From Planctomycetota bacterium (GTDB lineage Bacteria > Planctomycetota > Planctomycetia > Pirellulales > Lacipirellulaceae), in NCBI GenBank assembly GCA_039190745.1, contig JBCCXZ010000018.1, positions 1-56,738 on the forward strand: a stretch of 56,738 bases of DNA. The letters are read 5' to 3'. Of the stretch, positions 1 to 9,646 are shown piece after piece. How positions within the stretch are numbered: the stretch's first letter is position 1; each line of letters begins with the position of its first letter. The notes below the pieces were generated by a model, which did not search any database, was not told where the DNA came from, and was given only the letters and a program-made list of their open reading frames with translations. A program made the translations under genes and the position numbers.

Positions 1-666
1 GTGAACAGTGAGGCCAGTATGTGTGGGCTGATGTGTTGGTGAGTTGTCTGTCTGATACCGCAAGAATATCTATCGCTCTGGGTAGCCCAGACGGCGAGCC
101 GGAGATTTTGTCTCTCATCGCATGTTATCGAAAGACAAGCCGGAGTTTGCGCATCTCAATTCTGGAAGATCAACTGAAGCAACGACAGTCTGCATCGACC
201 TCGGAATCTGGCGGGGTGGACCAAGAGTAAAGAGGTGCCCTCGGCGAGACTTCACGAACCACAATGAGGTGCCGCCCTCCCGATTGTTCCGATAGTGATG
301 GGCAGCTAGGAGCTTGTTGCCGATGAGGGGCGCTATTGCTCCCGGCTTAGCTATGACGGCAAGGCGTACTAGCGATCACTCCACACCAAGGAGGAGCAGA
401 TAGCAGTCGCATCACCCCAAGTCCTCTCATTTGTTTTGGACCAACTTCGGGCTAAAGCCCAAGCCATCCGATTCTCTCATAACGCCTGGTACATGAATCC
501 GGGGAAGGTCAGTTGTTCTCAAGCCCAAGGCCAATATGCATAGCTAACAGCTCTTGCTTTGGTGGCAACAATACAGAAGCAGCTCTTTGTTTGGACTGCT
601 GAATCAGCTGGCTGGAAGAGGAGGAACGGCCTGATTTGAGCCGCTGGCGACGCCCTGGCAAATGTC

Positions 667-2544
667 TTACTTCTTGTGCTCGTCCTCGCCCGACTCGAGC
701 ACCGCCAGGAACGCCTTCTGCGGGATGTCGACCGAGCCGATCGACTTCATCCGCTTCTTGCCTTCCTTCTGCTTCTCCCAGAGCTTTCGCTTTCGGCTGA
801 TGTCGCCGCCGTAGCACTTGGCCGTCACGTTCTTCCGCATCGCGGAGATCGTCTCACGAGCCACAATCCGCGTGCCGATGCCCGCCTGCAACGCCACCTC
901 GAACATGTGGCGGGGGATCTCTTTCTTCAGCTTCTTGATCACCGCCCGGCCGCGCGTCTCCGCGTCGCGGCGGTCGCACACGATCGACAGCGCATCGACA
1001 CGCTCGCCCTTCACCAGGATGTCCATCCGCACTAGGTCGCCCGGACGGTAGCCGAGCACCTCGTAGTCCATCGTGCCGTAACCGCGGGTGGTGCTCTTGA
1101 GCTTGTCGTGCATGTCGTAGATGACGTCGGCCAGCGCCAGGTCGTACACGAGCATGGCGCGGGTCGGCGAGAGATACTCCTGACGCACGAACTCGCCACG
1201 CCGGTCGGAGCAGAGCTTCATAATGCCGCCGATGTACTCGGTGGGCAGTACGAAGTTCACCCGCACGATCGGCTGGCGGAACTCTTCGACGTCGCCGCCG
1301 TCGGGGACGTCCTGCGGGGTGTGCACCTCCAGCAGCTCGCCGGTCTTTTTTTGCACCTCGTACGTGACGTTCGGAGCGGTTTGTACCAAATCGATGTCCG
1401 CCTCCTGTTCGAGCCGCTGCTGGACGATCTCCATGTGCAACAGCCCCAAAAAGCCGCAGCGGAAGCCGAAACCCAGCGCGTCGCTGGTCTCCGGCGAAAA
1501 CTCAAAGCTGGGGTCGTTGATCTGCAGCTTGTCCAGCGCGTCGCGCAGTTGCTTGAAGTCCTGGCCGTCTGAAGGGTATAGACCGCAGAACACCATCCGC
1601 TTCGGCTCTTGGTAGCCGGTGAGCGCCTCGGCGGGGTCTTCGGTCGCCACGCTCACCGTGTCGCCGATGTGCACGTTGCCCAGCGACTTGATGTTGCAGA
1701 TGAGGTAGCCCACCTGCCCGGCGGAGAGCTGCTCGGCCGGCTCGCGGTGCGGTGCGAAGTGGCCCAGCTCGATGATGTCGTGCACCGTCCCCTGCTGCAG
1801 GAACTTGATCCGCTGGCCCTTCTTCACCGTGCCGTTCATGATCCGCACGTAGGTGATCGCGCCGCGGTACTCGTCGTAGTGTGCGTCGAACACCATCGCC
1901 TGCAAGGTCGCGTTGGGGTCGCCCTCGGGCGCGGGCACGCGGTCGACAATCGCCGCGAGCACGTCGTCGCAGCCCAGGCCGGTCTTCGCGCTGCAGCCGA
2001 GTACTTCTTCGGGCTCCACCGCAAGCGACTGCTCCATCTCGGTCCGCACCTCGTCGGGCCGGGCGTGGACGAGGTCGATCTTGTTCATCACCGGCACGAT
2101 GGTCAGGTCGTGCTCCATCGCCGCGTAGCACGTGGCGACCGTCTGCGCCTCGACGCCCTGGAACGCGTCGACCAGCAGCACGGCCCCCTCGCAGCACGCT
2201 AGCGACCGGGACACCTCGTACTGAAAGTCAACGTGCCCCGGCGTATCGATCAGGTTGAGCTGATAAGTCTCCCCGCCGTGCTCGTAGTTCATCGTCACGG
2301 CACGGGCCTTGATGGTGATCCCCCGCTGCCGCTCGATCTCCATGTCGTCCAGCAGCTGCTGCTTCATGTCCCGCTCGCTCACGGCGCCGGTACGTTCCAT
2401 CAGCCGGTCGGCCAGGGTGCTCTTGCCGTGGTCGATGTGGGCGACGATCGAAAAGTTGCGGATCAGCCGCGGCTCGATCGTGCCGGACTTCTTCTTCTTC
2501 CGCGGCTTGTTCTCGGCGCCGGGCTGGGCGGGGACGGTCGACAT
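667..2544 (-). CDS. lepA: Translation elongation factor 4 (LepA GTPase)
   Basis: IRNFSIVAHIDHGKSTLADRL P-loop, LIDTPGHVDF, NKID, GFRCGFLGLLHMEIVQQRLE and C-terminal KCYGGDISRKRKL. Start placed at ATG 2544 (MSTVPA) rather than 2682. Confidence 0.98.
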   Translation of the reverse strand: MSTVPAQPGAENKPRKKKKSGTIEPRLIRNFSIVAHIDHGKSTLADRLMERTGAVSERDMKQQLLDDMEIERQRGITIKARAVTMNYEHGGETYQLNLIDTPGHVDFQYEVSRSLACCEGAVLLVDAFQGVEAQTVATCYAAMEHDLTIVPVMNKIDLVHARPDEVRTEMEQSLAVEPEEVLGCSAKTGLGCDDVLAAIVDRVPAPEGDPNATLQAMVFDAHYDEYRGAITYVRIMNGTVKKGQRIKFLQQGTVHDIIELGHFAPHREPAEQLSAGQVGYLICNIKSLGNVHIGDTVSVATEDPAEALTGYQEPKRMVFCGLYPSDGQDFKQLRDALDKLQINDPSFEFSPETSDALGFGFRCGFLGLLHMEIVQQRLEQEADIDLVQTAPNVTYEVQKKTGELLEVHTPQDVPDGGDVEEFRQPIVRVNFVLPTEYIGGIMKLCSDRRGEFVRQEYLSPTRAMLVYDLALADVIYDMHDKLKSTTRGYGTMDYEVLGYRPGDLVRMDILVKGERVDALSIVCDRRDAETRGRAVIKKLKKEIPRHMFEVALQAGIGTRIVARETISAMRKNVTAKCYGGDISRKRKLWEKQKEGKKRMKSIGSVDIPQKAFLAVLESGEDEHKK

Positions 2545-2702
2545 AGAAAGGCAGCGGGGTGCTGGATTGGGGGAGCAGTCGTCGGGACACGGGCCGTTGG
2601 AGCGGGCCCGCAAAGCCGGGAGGGCCCTGCATTCTAGCAGAAAGTTCCGCCGCGGGTGGAGAGCAACGCTGCCCGCTTTCAACCCCCGTCTAGCGCCCGG
2701 AG

Positions 2703-3725
2703 TTAACGACTGCTAGCCGCCCTCGCCAGCCCCGCCGCACCGATGTACCCCGCGTCGCCGCCTAGCGTGGCGAACTCGATCCGCATGCCCGCACGCAGGG
2801 GCTCGGCGATCCGCGGCCGCGTTGTCTCGCGGATGTGCTCGATGAACCGCTCCCCCAGCGGGTGGCCGGCGCCACCGAAGGTCATTGCCCCGCCCAGCAC
2901 GACAAGGTCCGGGTCGATCGTGTGGATAAACGTCACGATGGCCAGCCCCAGGTAGCGTGCCGTGCCGAGCACGATGTCGAGCGCCAGCTGGTCGCTCTTC
3001 TCGGCTTCCTGGGCGATCAACAACGGCGTCAGGTCCTCGCCCTCGTCCACGCGCTTGCGGATGCTGCTCGGGTCGCCGGCGTCGAGTGCTTCTTTGGTTC
3101 GGCGGATGACCGAGTACGCCCCGCAGTAGGCTTCCAGCGAGCCGGTCTTGCCGAGCGAGTCGGCCGGTGCGTCGTCGCCGGGATCGAGCAGCAGGTGCCC
3201 GCACTCGCCCCCGGCGCCGTGGACGCCCTCGATCAGGTGGTCGGCGACCACTATCCCCCCGCCCACGCCCGTGCCTAGCGTGAGCATCACGACGCTGTGG
3301 CAGCCGGCTCCGGCGCCGCGCCAATACTCGCCGAAGCACGCGGCGTTCGCGTCGTTGGCAAACCGCACCGGCGCACCGCACCCGTCGGCCAGCTCCTTCA
3401 CAATCGGGTAGCCCCACCAGCTCGGCAGGTTCCCGGCACCCGTGATGACGCCGTTCACCTGGTCGATCGGACCCGGCGTCACCAGCCCCACGCGGGCGAT
3501 CGGGCCGACGCCAGACTTCTCACGCAGCCTGTTGACCGCCGCCGCCATGCCTTGGGTTGCCTGTTCCGGCCCGTGTTCCTCTTGCGTCGGGATCGCCTCA
3601 AACGCCAGGGCCCGGCCGCGGTTGTCGACCAGCCCGATCTTGATGCTGGTCCCGCCGACATCGACCCCCGCAAAGAAAGGGGCCTCGGCTTGGTCGGCAG
3701 AAACAAAGGCAGCGGGGTTGGGCAT
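2703..3725 (-). CDS. ROK family sugar kinase (glucokinase-like)
   Basis: GVDVGGTSIKIG, NDANAA, LTLGTGVGGGIV, GECGH and GSLEAYC motifs. Start placed at ATG 3725. Confidence 0.92.
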   Translation of the reverse strand: MPNPAAFVSADQAEAPFFAGVDVGGTSIKIGLVDNRGRALAFEAIPTQEEHGPEQATQGMAAAVNRLREKSGVGPIARVGLVTPGPIDQVNGVITGAGNLPSWWGYPIVKELADGCGAPVRFANDANAACFGEYWRGAGAGCHSVVMLTLGTGVGGGIVVADHLIEGVHGAGGECGHLLLDPGDDAPADSLGKTGSLEAYCGAYSVIRRTKEALDAGDPSSIRKRVDEGEDLTPLLIAQEAEKSDQLALDIVLGTARYLGLAIVTFIHTIDPDLVVLGGAMTFGGAGHPLGERFIEHIRETTRPRIAEPLRAGMRIEFATLGGDAGYIGAAGLARAASSR

Positions 3726-3953
3726 AAGAGCAGGTTCGCTAGATCGCGGAGTGGAGAACGTGAAGAGCAGGCAAGCCTCGGTCGGGAACGTTGAATTTAG
3801 AACCTCCCCCGCCCCGGAGCAAACGACCAAGCATCACGGTGGAATTTGTGGCCCCAGGATGCTGTAGCAGTTACGATGCCAATTGGCTCGCCGGAGCCGA
3901 TTAACGCCCACCTACCGCCACTTCTTGCCGCCCGCCGTCAGAGACCCGCCGCG

Positions 3954-5009
3954 ATGGCCAGCTTTCTAGCCAACCCCCTCAAGTCCCTCAGGAAACGCGC
4001 CTCCTCGATGGAGCACCGCGGGCTGCTGGTCGACCGCACCGTCTACACCGACCTCCACACCCTCACCCGTATCGGCCGGCCGTGGGAGCACCGGGAGGAA
4101 GAGACTCCCCGCGAGTTGGTTATCGAAACCACCAACGTCTGCAACGCCAACTGTGTGTTTTGCGCCTACCAGTACCAGGACCAGTTCCGCGCCGGCAAGG
4201 GCGTGATGAAAGACGAGGTCTTCGAGAAGGCGCTGGCCGACTACAAGGCCATGGGCGGCGAGGCGATCAACTTTACGCCGCTCGTCGGCGACGCTTTGGT
4301 CGACCCGCAGATCACCAAGCGGATCGCCCGCGTGAAGGAGCTCGGCTTCCACTGCTACTTCTACACCAACGGCATCCTGTTCAACCGCATCGACCTCAAT
4401 GCGTTCCTGGACGCTGGCGTCGATCAACTGATGATCTCCACCTCCCCTTTCGAGCGAGAGAGCCACGAGCTGATCTACCGCACCTCGAAGTACGACGACC
4501 TGCTGCAGGGCGTCCACAAGCTGCTGAAGCTTCGGAAAGAACGTGGCATCGAGGTCGAGGTCAAGCTCACCTTCCGGGCGGAGACGTCTCTGCAAGACGT
4601 GCTCGCCAAGTCCGACTTCCGCGAGTATATCCTGCCCTACCTCATCGAGCAGGAAGTCGATGAGATCGACGTGCTCGTCCGACGCTACGACACCTGGGGC
4701 GGTCTCATCAAGCCCGAGGACCTGGTGGGCAACATGCAGGTCGCCCGGGCGCCGAAGCTGAAGTTCCGCCCCTGCAGCTGGACCTTCGTCATGATGGTGA
4801 TGTACGACGGCAAAGTCCGCGCGTGCAGCTGCTCGTTCAACGGCAAGGAAACCCACGAAGGCAACGACGGGCTGTACGTCGGCGATCTCACCGAAGAGCC
4901 CCTAGTCGACATCTGGCGCGGCGAGCGGCTCCGCGACCTCCGACGCAGCTACGGCGAGAAACGCGCCCCCGATGTCTGCCGCAGCTGCTCGATGTACAAG
5001 CCGGCCTAG
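3954..5009 (+). CDS. Radical SAM protein with C-terminal SPASM/twitch domain
   Basis: CNANCVFC (CxxxCxxC), YTNG, and C-terminal PC...YDGKVRACSC...VGDL...IW...CRSC. Start placed at ATG 3954. Confidence 0.9.
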   Translation: MASFLANPLKSLRKRASSMEHRGLLVDRTVYTDLHTLTRIGRPWEHREEETPRELVIETTNVCNANCVFCAYQYQDQFRAGKGVMKDEVFEKALADYKAMGGEAINFTPLVGDALVDPQITKRIARVKELGFHCYFYTNGILFNRIDLNAFLDAGVDQLMISTSPFERESHELIYRTSKYDDLLQGVHKLLKLRKERGIEVEVKLTFRAETSLQDVLAKSDFREYILPYLIEQEVDEIDVLVRRYDTWGGLIKPEDLVGNMQVARAPKLKFRPCSWTFVMMVMYDGKVRACSCSFNGKETHEGNDGLYVGDLTEEPLVDIWRGERLRDLRRSYGEKRAPDVCRSCSMYKPA

Positions 5010-5066
5010 GTACAAGCCGGCTTAGCTCGCCCGTCCCCTCCGATGCGCCGCACCCGAGGCTTAGCC

Positions 5067-5330
5067 TTACGACCCGAGCGCCCGAGCCACCACTAAAAAC
5101 CTACGCAGACCCACGCCCGCGACGCCGAGCGCAACGGCAAGCACCAACGCACCGCCCCCGAAGCCGGCCGTTGTGCCCCCGTAGAACTTCAACACTGTCG
5201 CCCCCGTGACCAGCAGCATTACCACGGTCCGCGCGTAGGCCAGCAGAGTCCGCTCGTTGGCGAGTTGGGTCCGTACCAAGGCCAGGCTATTCCGGTTGGG
5301 CGGCTCGCGTCCTGGGGGTGTATCGCTCAG
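5067..5330 (-). CDS. DUF202/YidH-like small membrane protein
   Basis: [16 protein letters not shown] motif followed by two hydrophobic helices. Start is uncertain: TTG 5279, or CTG 5330 overlapping the upstream stop. Confidence 0.8.
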   Translation of the reverse strand: MSDTPPGREPPNRNSLALVRTQLANERTLLAYARTVVMLLVTGATVLKFYGGTTAGFGGGALVLAVALGVAGVGLRRFLVVARALGS

Positions 5331-6208
5331 AACCGATACCCCCCGCCGACGCCCGCGAAGAAGTCGTCCGAATCCTCGGTCAGACCCACGCCCGCACGGA
5401 AGTCGACCACAAAGTCCTCCGTCAAGTAGTGGTCGACGCCGATGTTGAAGACCGAGACGACGAACTCGTCTTCAAGCCCGTCGGAATACAACGCATACCA
5501 CTCGGTGTAGAGCGTGTTCATCTCGCTGAGCTCCATCCCGAGCACGGCCGATTGGCTTAGCGCATTGAACCGTTCATCGGCGGGTTCTTCGGGCAGCAAG
5601 CCAAAGTCGCCGAGTCCGCTGGTCCCGAAGCCGGTCGAACCCGCCAGCGTTACGCCCTCGGCGACTTCCCACTGGTAGATGTAATCGAGCCCAAACTCGG
5701 CCTGGCCGGTAGAGAATGCCTCGCCGCCGGTGGGTCCGGTCCCACGGATCTCCAAAGCACTGGTCGGCAACAGCCCCGTTTCTTGCTGGCGGGTCATCTG
5801 CAGTTTCAAAGAGTACCGCAGGTCCTCCGAGCCGATACTGTCCTCTTCGCCCTCGACGAACACCCACGCATAGTTCCAGCGGACGCGGAACTCGATGTCC
5901 TCGCTGAGGCCCACCCGCAGAAGCAACTCCGGCGTTGTGTGTGCCGACTCGATCTCTTCCTCGACGTCCTTGTAGAAGTAGGAGTAGCCGCCCTCGATCT
6001 GCACAATTCCCCGTCCCACCGTGACGGCCGACTGCGTGAAGTCGTGCCGCTCGGTCTCGATCCGTTCCTCGAACGGGTCGCGTTGCTGGCGCCCCGGCTT
6101 AGTGAAATCGTCTAAAAACTCAAGGAATTGGCCAGAGGCCGGGGCTGCACAACAAGCTAAGCACCAAATGGCCGGAAACGATCGGAGGAGCAGGCGGCAA
6201 GTAGGCAT
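5327..6208 (-). CDS. Putative outer-membrane beta-barrel 'transporter' (MetA-pathway-of-phenol-degradation-like family)
   Basis: Signal peptide, [27 protein letters not shown] and a terminal aromatic beta-signal (GGGYRF). Confidence 0.75.
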   Translation of the reverse strand: MPTCRLLLRSFPAIWCLACCAAPASGQFLEFLDDFTKPGRQQRDPFEERIETERHDFTQSAVTVGRGIVQIEGGYSYFYKDVEEEIESAHTTPELLLRVGLSEDIEFRVRWNYAWVFVEGEEDSIGSEDLRYSLKLQMTRQQETGLLPTSALEIRGTGPTGGEAFSTGQAEFGLDYIYQWEVAEGVTLAGSTGFGTSGLGDFGLLPEEPADERFNALSQSAVLGMELSEMNTLYTEWYALYSDGLEDEFVVSVFNIGVDHYLTEDFVVDFRAGVGLTEDSDDFFAGVGGGYRF

Positions 6209-6777
6209 GCAGTTCTCGCGGCAGGACGCACACGCCGGCCGTCAGCCGTTTCAGAGATCAGAAACCAACGTTTCTTTCGGTCGGCCGTCACGGCGGTCGG
6301 CGAGGAGCATTCACCGTCCAGTCGCGTAATCCGGAACAACCCGCAGAGATTCACGGATTGAGGCCACTGTTCTTTCGGGATCCCTGGCGCTGATCACGTG
6401 CCCTTCTGCGGTAGGCGGCAAACCAGCATGCGAGAAAGAGCTGTTGGTTCAGTTAGGCGAAATTCAGCAATACGATATGGGGCGGAATCCCGCGGGACAT
6501 CGACGATCGGACCGAAGATCATAATCGTATGGTGCTCTACTAGGCAGACAACTCGCCCAACGCTTAATGCAACCAAGACTAGATGCTTCGGCCTCGCACG
6601 TGGGGCTCCGCAGCTCTATTCATGTGTGACGTCACCGCTTACACAGCCATCAAGAACATCGAGCAGGGTGTCTACCAACCGATGGGACCAGTGATCTCGG
6701 CGAGAGGATCGCGGGGTTCTGATCTTCCGGTAGACCACCTCGGCACGCCGCGAGGCAACGACCGCCTTGCGCACGGT

Positions 6778-6815
6778 CTACTCCGGCGTTTGAGGCTACT
6801 CCGGCGTTTGAGGCT
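6778..6815. repeat. Perfect 18-bp tandem duplication (ctactccggcgtttgagg x2)
   Basis: Copies read directly at 6778-6795 and 6796-6813. Confidence 0.95.
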
Positions 6816-6967
6816 CGTAGACGGACACACTCCAAACTAATCGGGCACGGCATGCCGGATAGGCGGTCTGCAAAAGGTGAAGATTGTGAGAAGATCGTCC
6901 CCTGCGTTGATTGCTTATTCGCAGCTTGAAGTTTGTTTAATCGAAGTGATATTCTCCGCGTTGTTGA

Positions 6968-6997
6968 TTGCATTCAGTGTTTCTGCGCGCTCATAAT
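6968..6997 (+). promoter_or_regulatory. Candidate sigma70-type promoter of the PEP-CTERM gene
   Basis: TTGCAT-N18-CATAAT about 90 nt upstream of ATG 7085, with an AGGAG Shine-Dalgarno before the start. Confidence 0.4.
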
Positions 6998-7084
6998 CCG
7001 GCTTCCAGATCCGTCCTAATTTGTCTACTTCATTAGTCGGCGGGCACAAGCCGGGCAGAGGCTCGGCGGAAAGAAGGAGATCTC

Positions 7085-7720
7085 ATGAGAAAGACTACAC
7101 GAGTTTTGGCGGTGTTTGTCGTGATGGCGTCGGCCGCACCGGTGATGGCGCAGGTGGGATTGACGCTGAACCTGTTCTACAACGACGTCACGGACCCGAA
7201 TTCCGGCGGCGACTGGGAGTTGGCGGTTCTCGGCACCGACATCGTTGGTGTTAGCGCTATCTTGGACAACATCGACAACCCGACAGGCATAGTGACCAAC
7301 CCAGCTGGCTTGGGCGTTGTGATCGATGACCCGAACAACCCCGGCTTCGCTCCCGTGTTCTCGGTGGGGGCAGCCGTTTTCCAGATTGGTTACGTACAGA
7401 CTCCGATTGGAGGGTTTACGCCGGGCGTCGGTAGTGGCGGTCCGGTAGACCCGCTTGGAAATCCAGCCTGGAAAGGGTCGGATGTGGTCGTCACTGGCGG
7501 AACGTTCTCACCTGGTTTTACCCCCCAGTTTACGACGGCGGGGATCAACTCGACCGAAGTAAACGTGCTCTCCGGGGGCTCTGCTGTCGCTGCATCATTT
7601 GCAGTTATCGACGGCGAGCTTTCGCCGGTCGTCCGGAGCAACATTATCCCAGAGCCGAGTTCCGTGGCTCTGGTCGGATTCGCGGCTGCAGCGTTGGCTT
7701 CTCGGCGTCGGACTCGCTAA
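7085..7720 (+). CDS. PEP-CTERM sorting-domain surface protein
   Basis: Signal peptide and C-terminal IPEPSSVALVGFAAAALASRRRTR. Confidence 0.92.
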   Translation: MRKTTRVLAVFVVMASAAPVMAQVGLTLNLFYNDVTDPNSGGDWELAVLGTDIVGVSAILDNIDNPTGIVTNPAGLGVVIDDPNNPGFAPVFSVGAAVFQIGYVQTPIGGFTPGVGSGGPVDPLGNPAWKGSDVVVTGGTFSPGFTPQFTTAGINSTEVNVLSGGSAVAASFAVIDGELSPVVRSNIIPEPSSVALVGFAAAALASRRRTR

Positions 7721-7744
7721 GAGCGCGATCGATACACTAAGGCC

Positions 7745-7785
7745 AAGAGCCGCCGCTGGCGACTATGCCAACGGCGGCTCTTTTT
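7745..7785 (+). terminator. Rho-independent terminator between convergent genes
   Basis: Stem aagagccgccg-c-tggc / gcca-a-cggcggctctt followed by a T-run. Confidence 0.8.
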
Positions 7786-7817
7786 GTTTCTCTTCGGCGA
7801 TCTGCAGACGCTAAGGC

Positions 7818-9485
7818 CTACCACTTCAGCCCAAACTGGTCGCCGCCGGAAGGGCCGCCGAGGCCGCCCTTGAGGTTTTTGTCCTTCTGGCGCTCGCGGC
7901 TGCGTTTCTGCTGCTCTTCTTCGGAGGGCACCGCGACCTTCTCCTCACGCGGCTTGCGTTCGGGCTGTTTGGGGGCGGGCATCAACGCCTTGAGCGACAG
8001 GCCGATGCGCTGAGCGCTGGTGTCGACCGTTAGCACCTTCGCCTCGACTTCCTGGCCCTCGCTCACCACGTCGCCGGTCCGCTGGACGCGGCCGTGGCCG
8101 AGTTCGGAGATGTGGATCAGGCCCTCGACGCCGGGTTCGAGTTTGACGAAGGCGCCGAACTGCATCAGCTTGCTAACGGTGCCCTTGATCGTGGAGCCAA
8201 CCGCGTACTTGGAGTCGGCGTCCTGCCACGGGTTGGCAGCGAGGTCGCGGTATGCGAGGCCGATCTTGCCGGAATCTTTGTCGATCTTCTCGATCCGGAC
8301 TTTCACCTTCTGACCGACCTCGAGCACTTCTTTGGGGTGCCCGACCCGGTCCCAGCTCAGCTGGCTAACGTGGATCAGGCCGTCGACGCCGCCGAGGTCG
8401 ACGAAGGCGCCGAAGTCGAGCAGGTTCCGCACCGTTCCTTCTAGGACGTCTCCCTTGGAGAGTTTCTGGAGCAGCTCCTCTTTCTTGGCGGCCCGCTCGC
8501 GTTCCATGACGGCCCGCCGGCTGAGCACGAGGTTTTTACGCGACTGGTTGGCCTCGGTTACGACACAGGCGATCTTCTGGCCGACGTACTCTTCGGGGTT
8601 CTCGACGCGGAAGACGGAGACCTGCCCCATGGGGATGAACCCGCGGAGGCCGGAGACCTGGCACTCCAGGCCGCCCTTGTTCGTGCCGGTGATGGTGACC
8701 TCGACGGTTTGGCCAGCCTCGACATCGTCCCAGTTGCCGACCTCGACCGCCGCGGTCGTGAGGCTCAACCGGTAGAAGCCTTGCTCCTCGTCGAGGGAGC
8801 CGACGACGGCTTCGATCGAGGCGCCGATCTCTGGAGCGGCGCCGGCTTCGCCCTCGGTGAACTGCTTTAGCGGCAGCACGCCCTGGTGGGGGCCGCCGAG
8901 GTCGAGGAAGACGTCTTCGCGGTGGATGTTGATGACCGTGCCGGTGACCTTGGCGTCCGGGGCCAATTCCTCAGTCGCTGCGGGCAAAGCGGAGCCGTCG
9001 ATGATCGCGTCGAGCGACTGGCCGGCCAGGGCGTCTTCGAGTTCCTTTTCAAGCTCGGGCGAGAGCTGCGCCTTGGCGTTCGGCGGCGGGTAGCTCTTCT
9101 GCTTCTTGGCGAGCGCTTCGGCTTCGGTTTCGGGCTTCTTGAACTGAGGCTCGGCCTTGGCGCCCTCGGCCTCGTCGTCCGGGCGTTGGGTGCCGATGAG
9201 GATCCGGTCACTTGCAGGCGTGGAAGTTTCAGTAGGAGCCTCGCCCGCATCCGGCGTGGTATCGGCCGGGGCGTTGGCCGTCTCTTCCGCAGCGGGCGCC
9301 GGGACGGGGGCGGCTGACGGGGCGGTTTCGGCCTGTGGCTCTTTCGCTTCGTTCACGCTGGTCGGCTGTTGTTCGACCGATCCGCTCTCGACGGCGCCGC
9401 TCTCACCAGGGGCGGCTTCGCCTGGGGCCGCGGGAGGCTGCGGCGGGACGGGGGACTCTTTCTCGGTCTGGGCTTCGGCGGTCAT
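7818..9485 (-). CDS. rpsA: S1 RNA-binding domain protein (30S ribosomal protein S1-like, about 4 S1 repeats, long acidic Pro-rich N-terminus)
   Basis: FGAFVDLGGVDGLIHVSQLSW, FGAFVKLEPGVEGLIHISEL, RIGLSLK. May be a paralogue rather than the main ribosomal S1. Confidence 0.85.
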   Translation of the reverse strand: MTAEAQTEKESPVPPQPPAAPGEAAPGESGAVESGSVEQQPTSVNEAKEPQAETAPSAAPVPAPAAEETANAPADTTPDAGEAPTETSTPASDRILIGTQRPDDEAEGAKAEPQFKKPETEAEALAKKQKSYPPPNAKAQLSPELEKELEDALAGQSLDAIIDGSALPAATEELAPDAKVTGTVINIHREDVFLDLGGPHQGVLPLKQFTEGEAGAAPEIGASIEAVVGSLDEEQGFYRLSLTTAAVEVGNWDDVEAGQTVEVTITGTNKGGLECQVSGLRGFIPMGQVSVFRVENPEEYVGQKIACVVTEANQSRKNLVLSRRAVMERERAAKKEELLQKLSKGDVLEGTVRNLLDFGAFVDLGGVDGLIHVSQLSWDRVGHPKEVLEVGQKVKVRIEKIDKDSGKIGLAYRDLAANPWQDADSKYAVGSTIKGTVSKLMQFGAFVKLEPGVEGLIHISELGHGRVQRTGDVVSEGQEVEAKVLTVDTSAQRIGLSLKALMPAPKQPERKPREEKVAVPSEEEQQKRSRERQKDKNLKGGLGGPSGGDQFGLKW

Positions 9486-9646
9486 CGACAACGGTTCCTC
9501 AAGCAGTGCAAAGAGTTGCGATCACTCCGACTGATGCGGGGACCGCTCAGCAAGTTTAGCAACCGCAGATTAAGGCTTGCAACTATTTTGGCCCCGACAA
9601 CGTGCCGGTGTGCGGCGACAGCACTCCTGAAATGGCCGGTCTAGCA

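Noticed and set aside
1..660. Lower-GC stretch with ORF 21-230 and a TAG-interrupted frame at about 295-543
   Set aside because: No recognisable motifs, an in-frame stop just upstream of ORF 21, and context cut by the window edge. It may be decayed foreign DNA, but I cannot support it as a feature or as recoding.
7737..7819. ctaaggcc direct repeat flanking the terminator as a target-site duplication
   Set aside because: Only 8 bp around an ordinary terminator, with no other mobile-element evidence.
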